Shown here piece by piece: positions 15,501 through 20,000 of a stretch of DNA of 20,000 bases. The notes beneath the pieces were generated by a model that was not told where the DNA came from, did no database searches, and was given only the letters and a program-made list of their open reading frames with translations. The position numbers and the translations under genes were made by a program. Source of the DNA: an uncultured virus (IMG/VR IMGVR_UViG_3300042006_000224) (lineage: Duplodnaviria; Heunggongvirae; Uroviricota; Caudoviricetes; Schitoviridae); IMG/VR virus record IMGVR_UViG_3300042006_000224; one strand, written 5' to 3'. Position 1 is the first letter of the stretch. The number at the start of each line of letters is the position of its first letter.

Positions 15501-18500
15501 TGAGAGAGTTCGATTCTGAAATCTCGTCTGCTGCCTACAAAGAACTGTCGCTGATCGGTACGCGTGAAGCCGTGGTTGCCTCGCAACTCGGTGGGCGTAT
15601 CGTTCAAGCGATGGGTCTGCGACCAAACCAGCAAGGTACCAATGCCGAGCTGAGCAAACTGGAAGCCTCTATCGGTACCCGCGCTATCGCCGCCATGGTG
15701 AAGCTGGGCATCGTCGAGCGGGTCCAATTGTCTGATGTGAAACTTCAGGCCCTGATGAATTCTGGCGAGCCGGGTAACGCCCGCATGAACCACACTTTCG
15801 TCCGGGTTAAATCGGCCGAAGTGAATGGCAAGCGCGAGCCAGCCCCTATCGTCAAACGTATCCGTGAACGCAACGTCAGCTCGCAGTCGGTGGTTGCCAA
15901 ACTGATGTCAGTTGAAGCGGCCGGTGTTGAACCGAGCTACACCCCGGTGAAGTTCGACCAGGCATTCGCCAAGCGCACTGGTCAAGCCGTCCCGAAAGGG
16001 CTGGCCGAGACACAGAATAAGGAAGGCGCCAAGGCTCACGTTGTTCGTCAGAACATGTGGCATGTCTGGGGCCGACTGAGCAAGCAGGCGCTGTACGCAA
16101 TGGGTGGTGTGGTGTCCACGTCCGATGCCCCGACTCACGTCGAGAATCTGGCTTCCCGCCAAGCGAAGAACGACGGGCTGATTCAGCAAGTCGAGAACTT
16201 CGACACCTTTATCAAGGCCATGGCTGCCGATTCGAGCACTGAAGGTCTGGAACAGCCGCTGTACTTCGGCCGTTCGGTCTGGAAGCCTCAGCGTGTTGGT
16301 TTGACCACCAACGTGGTGAATCCACAGACTTCGAAGATCCACCGTCACATGTTGGCCATGCAAGGTTGGAATGCGTCCGTCGAACTAGCTGATGCTGCGT
16401 CGATGAACAACTTCAAGCTGCGTGTGCTGGAAGCGTTCGGCAAGAAGACTGAAGCGACCAATACCCCTGTTGTGCTGGCCGGTTACGACGCTGTCGTGTC
16501 GAATCCTGCAATTCAGGCGGGTATTGATGCGTTGGTCGACGTGCTGCGTGATGTCGGCACTACCAACGAAGAAGCTATCGTTGCTGCGGTAAAAGCCGGC
16601 GGTGAGAACTTCCATTCGTTCGATGCACTGGTTGCCTTGGCTGAACAGCGTATTGCTGAGCAGGACGGCAAGCCTTCGTTCGAAACGAGCATGATGGGTG
16701 AGGTTGACGGTGTCACCAACGGGCCGATGCTGTCCCTGCTGATGCTGGGTGCCAAAGGCTTCGAAACCATGAACCAAGGTGGGTTCTTCGAGCTGGAAAG
16801 CCCGTACTCGCAGTTCAATGACTTCCACGCGGTGGATGGCAACCTCGATCTGTATGAGTCGAACATTGCCGGTGCGTTGAACCGTCTGCAAGGCCGCAAC
16901 GTCAACATGCTGCAAGCCATGCAGGTAATCACCGGCCAGTTGCAAACTGTCGAGGGTAACGTGACCTCCAAGGGTCGGAACATCATCAAGAAGCCCCTGA
17001 CTGCACTGATGTTCGGGTCCAACCCGAAAACAGCAGTAGAAGGTATGGCTGATGGTTTCGTTGAAGCGATTTACAGCCGTATCGAAGATGCTGCTGCGAA
17101 CCGTGACAATGCGGCAATTACTGCACTGTTCTCCGCGGTCAATACCCTGATGCGTCTGCCAAAGGCTGCATTGCCAGCAAACGCCGGCTATGAGCAGGCA
17201 CTGGAAACCAAGCTGACTGAACAGCAGAAAACTGCGCTGAAGAAGTCGTTCTATGAGCTGTTGGGTAAGCCAACCGAAGATGCCCTGGCTGACAACTACG
17301 CGACCTTCATTGCACGGCGTAACGTGATCAACCAGACCGCACAGCTGTCGTTTGACCTGTTCAACGCGGTTCGCGAAGGCGTCACCGAGTTCGTTGAAGG
17401 TTCGAGCGCAGAAGTGGCACGCAACAATGCTGGTGAGGCGATTCGCACCCTGACCAAAGAGCAACTGACACAAGTCGATGCTCTGATGGGTGATATGGCG
17501 CCGATCCTGCAAACTGCCATGTCTCAGGCGGCAGGTCAGCGTGAAGCGGGCATGTACATGGCGAAGTCGCAGCGTAAGCTGGATTCCTCGCTGCCGTATG
17601 AGCAAGAAGTTGCTTTCGGTGACATGGTCAACACAATCGCACCAGATGGCCAGATGATGGGCATTGGTTCGTCGAAAGTGTCGTCTACTCGCACCGAAGA
17701 CATCGACCCGGGCGTAATGCCGTTCATTACCTCGATTCACTCTTCCGACTCCGCGATTGCCTCGGCCGTCTACGGTGAAATGGAAGCGCTCAACGTTCAC
17801 GACGCCTTGGGTGTCGATCTGAACAATGTGGCGAAAGTGGGGCAGGAACTGAACAAAGCTACCTTCGAAACCCTGCTGAACTATTCGTCGCCGACCGCCA
17901 TGTCCAACATGTTGGATGAAGTGCTGGCCGGTGTCGCTAAAGCGATGCAGAACCCCGAATTGGCCGCTCGCATCCAGCCAAAGCTGCGCGAGAAGATGAT
18001 TCAGCGTGCCGAGAAGAAGCGCGGCGGTATTGCGCAACAACTGACCGCTATCCGTGAAACTGCCCGTCAGGCAGACACTGATAAGCTGTCGATGATGGCT
18101 GAGCTCAAGGCAATCGGTCAATACGCCACTGAAGGTGGTTCGTACGTGGTAACCGACGCTGATCGCGAAGCTGCAGCCAAGAAACTGGCTGAGGTGGGCA
18201 CTTCGTTCAACGAAGGCGCTGAATCCGTGGCTGAAATGCTGGACGTTGCGGCTGCTGTCGATCCTGCTGTGTATCAGCCGGGTCAACGCGCTGTGCTGGC
18301 CAACACTTCGGTGACTACGCTGGCGCCGGCTACTTCCCTCAATACCCTGGCTTCGCTTGAGCAAACCAACGCAGTTGAGCAGGTCATTGCTTCCATGGTT
18401 TCGGGTAACCGGACTCTGGGCGATGCTGTGCAGATTCTGCCTGAGCATCAAGCCGCCGATGTGATCAACGCGGTAAACACTGCGTCTGAAGAGGAGCTGT

Positions 18501-20000
18501 CGGTATGGGGCCAGTTGGGTACCCCTGTGGTGCAATCTGACACCAATCTGGTAGAGCTGCTGTCCGGTAACATCCTGTCGGCGCACAACCTGATTGATTC
18601 ACTGGTTGCCTACAGCCAAGACCCGTTCCAGCGCACTGTGCTGCAAATGGCCAAGAAAGGTATCCCTGCTGGCGTGCGTGTGAACTACATCACCGCCGAG
18701 ACTGGTCCTGAAGGTGCATTCGGTGAAGGTGTGGACAAATCCCGTGGTTGGTACGCACAGCGTAACGGCACCGAAGCATTGTTCATCAAATCGCCTGAAT
18801 TCGTTGAATCGGGTATCACTCCGGAGCTGTTGACCCACGAACTGGTACACGCTGCCCTGGCCAACTTGGTTGATCAGCATGATGGTGCCAATACGATCGC
18901 CGGTCGTGCAGTGGCTGATCTGGAAAGCCTGCGGCAGATCGCTGACGAGCTCATCGCCAACAATGGTGAGATGTCGGCACGATTCCGCAATGCCACGTCC
19001 AACGTGCATGAGTTGCTGGCCTGGGGCCTGACCAACAAGGCATTCCAGCGCGATGTGTTGTCCCAAGTCCAAGTAGAGCAGCGTAACCGCAGCTTCCTCG
19101 ACGGCCTGAAGACTTTCATCGGCAAGCTGACCACTCTGCTGTTCGGCGACAATAAAGTGTCGGCAAACAACGGTATGGCCAACTTGGTGGCGAATGCTGC
19201 CGGTCTGTTCCAAGAAGCCGCCGCTGTACGCGATGCCCGTGCCACCAAGACGCACAAGTACGAAGATGCGGTCGATCACATCAATGCCATGACGGCCGAG
19301 CAAGTGTTTGACGCACTGGCTTCGGTATCTGGTGTGCAAACGGATGTTCGCCACGTTGAGTACCTGAAGAACCTGCTGGCTGAGACAGTTGACCCGGTCT
19401 ATGGCCCTTACGGTGCATTCAAGGAACAAGCTGCGGCAAACCGTGCGCTGACGCCAATGGATGTGTTCCTGAAGGCTGTGAACACCGGCAAGCTGCCATT
19501 CAGTTCGGAAGCAACGGCCAATGCCTTTATCCTGTCGCAACAGGAAGCATTTGTACTGGAATCGGTCGAAGCCACCGTGGCCTTTGCCATGGAGCACAAA
19601 GACACGCTGTTCGTGCGCCAAGCGCTGGAAGATTTGTTCAAGGAAGCACGAGCGACCCTGAACAAAGATGGCCGCAACTTCCACAAGGGAATCTGGGCTA
19701 CCGCAAGCCAGAATGAGAAGGATATCGCCAAAGCGAAATGGGACTTCGTGTTCCGTCCGCAAGCGGGCATCACTGGCAAGAATGCCTACCTGTCACGCTT
19801 TGCAGCGTTGGGTCTGGCCTCGGCTGAAGTTCGCAACGTGTTGGCGTTCTCGACGGCGAATCTGGAAACCCCGCTGAAGGAACTGCCGTGGGCCAGCCGC
19901 CTGACCGAGCTGTTCCGTCGTCTGATGCAACGCCTGTCCTCGTTGATGACCAAGGTCACCCCGGGCATGGCGGGCAATCAGGCACTGCGTACCCTGGTCG
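12590..20000 (+). CDS. Virion-encapsidated RNA polymerase (N4 gp50-like vRNAP), at least 2470 aa, 3' truncated; absent from ORF track because no stop codon falls in the window
   Basis: AAGGGG RBS and ATG at 12590. Manual translation of this frame gives no stop through 19999. T7-superfamily motifs: A GEVDGVTNGP (16697-16726), B RNIIKKPLTALMFGS (16976-17020), IHSSDS (17735-17752) and C LNVHDA (17789-17806). No Cys codons were seen. Confidence 0.97.
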   Translation, partial: MANGNENNGFDQLFPAGLPAAQTGGFRPLFDTAAKAEQVAAASEDKKQSLIDKMGYDYDDTIGMGLNLGASLVSGASRLAGNLATLPVDLISGLAQGSVPEEQVQAYNRVQTGQASDADRALLEQVAPFEDGVPQTYLERLQGTQGLQEVGQNISDFFDISSIVEQTNRERLSRDIKEETAGGVADLRRASDEFEDGKYLDALVTGVGGLASTVGNALAAGASSPLATTEYVVENVPQLLAAAYSAPSMVASNAGYGFDAYREGVREFFDKNEGQLPNAEQRAEMGLFAASAALAEQVGDATMLRGFRNAGTGSASKAMASAAGIGGAMTREGVTEGYQTYAEARAKLEDPSLEEIVEGATIGALVGGNFQGAVELAKAGAPTEDAGTRAASAEAFTAAVESGDVSPLTDAESATYNPVRAVEALHQMNLAEGADVKANLAQVDQIQQDVTADVSALQARLENTSPEAVARIGSIVSQLEAAGADQAQIAEMREIHEAVASYTPEQRKADEARLAQLEAQLGGIHKAAERMRVDASPEPAEVESIATEAQAGDVQAADRLLTLTMTNPDSVDTQVADALAQSEALSEPQRIAMRLFSEAQVATNALKGLTGVRSDIATGGDGFKGISQYRNAIRMALANGNEGAARSQVDGIRAFAASRESKLNAITAAFEQVKGTDNSINLVRNQQGEWGPTDLKGKALKKAGGVEVSARSFKLRDGVAAEADALTKTAAAFEALVNAAPTPVSAPVVQPTAEVQGDVTPATPEAAATPAVEPAPVAPVADETLASAAPDEAAITPEDAPSVTDEAQANAGQLTTIGERTGAAVTADNYRSINLVSELFEQQAGNETDASVRPLVAVKDFASAIQAGEVQAKDFIDQEGDLTGPQTQALNAFFNFAQYSAQAIRDQFKVTETRAKRPDFFYRDMAQFLQNADGQIDENLATAVSYGMFSWANENATQLRNSDEGINAILLREFDSEISSAAYKELSLIGTREAVVASQLGGRIVQAMGLRPNQQGTNAELSKLEASIGTRAIAAMVKLGIVERVQLSDVKLQALMNSGEPGNARMNHTFVRVKSAEVNGKREPAPIVKRIRERNVSSQSVVAKLMSVEAAGVEPSYTPVKFDQAFAKRTGQAVPKGLAETQNKEGAKAHVVRQNMWHVWGRLSKQALYAMGGVVSTSDAPTHVENLASRQAKNDGLIQQVENFDTFIKAMAADSSTEGLEQPLYFGRSVWKPQRVGLTTNVVNPQTSKIHRHMLAMQGWNASVELADAASMNNFKLRVLEAFGKKTEATNTPVVLAGYDAVVSNPAIQAGIDALVDVLRDVGTTNEEAIVAAVKAGGENFHSFDALVALAEQRIAEQDGKPSFETSMMGEVDGVTNGPMLSLLMLGAKGFETMNQGGFFELESPYSQFNDFHAVDGNLDLYESNIAGALNRLQGRNVNMLQAMQVITGQLQTVEGNVTSKGRNIIKKPLTALMFGSNPKTAVEGMADGFVEAIYSRIEDAAANRDNAAITALFSAVNTLMRLPKAALPANAGYEQALETKLTEQQKTALKKSFYELLGKPTEDALADNYATFIARRNVINQTAQLSFDLFNAVREGVTEFVEGSSAEVARNNAGEAIRTLTKEQLTQVDALMGDMAPILQTAMSQAAGQREAGMYMAKSQRKLDSSLPYEQEVAFGDMVNTIAPDGQMMGIGSSKVSSTRTEDIDPGVMPFITSIHSSDSAIASAVYGEMEALNVHDALGVDLNNVAKVGQELNKATFETLLNYSSPTAMSNMLDEVLAGVAKAMQNPELAARIQPKLREKMIQRAEKKRGGIAQQLTAIRETARQADTDKLSMMAELKAIGQYATEGGSYVVTDADREAAAKKLAEVGTSFNEGAESVAEMLDVAAAVDPAVYQPGQRAVLANTSVTTLAPATSLNTLASLEQTNAVEQVIASMVSGNRTLGDAVQILPEHQAADVINAVNTASEEELSVWGQLGTPVVQSDTNLVELLSGNILSAHNLIDSLVAYSQDPFQRTVLQMAKKGIPAGVRVNYITAETGPEGAFGEGVDKSRGWYAQRNGTEALFIKSPEFVESGITPELLTHELVHAALANLVDQHDGANTIAGRAVADLESLRQIADELIANNGEMSARFRNATSNVHELLAWGLTNKAFQRDVLSQVQVEQRNRSFLDGLKTFIGKLTTLLFGDNKVSANNGMANLVANAAGLFQEAAAVRDARATKTHKYEDAVDHINAMTAEQVFDALASVSGVQTDVRHVEYLKNLLAETVDPVYGPYGAFKEQAAANRALTPMDVFLKAVNTGKLPFSSEATANAFILSQQEAFVLESVEATVAFAMEHKDTLFVRQALEDLFKEARATLNKDGRNFHKGIWATASQNEKDIAKAKWDFVFRPQAGITGKNAYLSRFAALGLASAEVRNVLAFSTANLETPLKELPWASRLTELFRRLMQRLSSLMTKVTPGMAGNQALRTLV
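12658..12679 (+). terminator. Intrinsic-terminator-like hairpin inside the 5' end of the vRNAP gene
   Basis: AGGGGGC-TTTC-GCCCCCT-TTTT: 7-bp GC-rich stem plus T-run, at about codons 23-30 of the vRNAP. Confidence 0.65.

Noticed and set aside
12332..19977. Long minus-strand ORFs (382, 482, 733, 387 aa and others) and short + ORFs over the vRNAP
   Set aside because: All are shadows of the uninterrupted vRNAP frame starting at 12590. The region is neither non-coding nor fragmented.
1..20000. CRISPR arrays, tRNAs, integrase or IS elements, introns or inteins, alternative genetic code
   Set aside because: None was seen. There are no spaced repeats and no evident insertions in the conserved genes. 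Genes end at TAA or TGA under the standard code, and the vRNAP frame has no in-frame TAG to suggest recoding.

Overview
This window is the late (virion morphogenesis) region of an N4-like podophage (Schitoviridae). Gene order on the + strand is terminase large subunit (3' part), head-tail adaptor, portal, small protein, probable scaffold, major capsid, gp55-like, tail tube, tail plug-like, two ejection proteins and a giant virion RNA polymerase. A small antisense operon (dUTPase plus a 56-aa ORF) sits between the adaptor and the portal. As I recall it, this order matches the Pseudomonas LIT1/LUZ7/DEV group (DEV gp83 to gp71), so a Pseudomonas-type host is inferred, not shown. The ORF track misses two genes. 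One is the vRNAP (ATG at 12590, open to the window end, 2470 codons with no stop and no Cys in my manual translation). The other is the 56-aa ORF (1549..1379, minus strand). The most notable observations are: Phe at the motif B position of the vRNAP that is Tyr in T7 (Y639) and N4 (Y678); an intrinsic terminator about 70 nt inside the vRNAP gene; an HExxH zincin-like domain after the polymerase domain; a helix motif repeated at both ends of the scaffold-like protein; and three consecutive hairpins in the 1285-1378 intergenic region. No database searches were run, so family calls rest on recognised motifs and remembered synteny.
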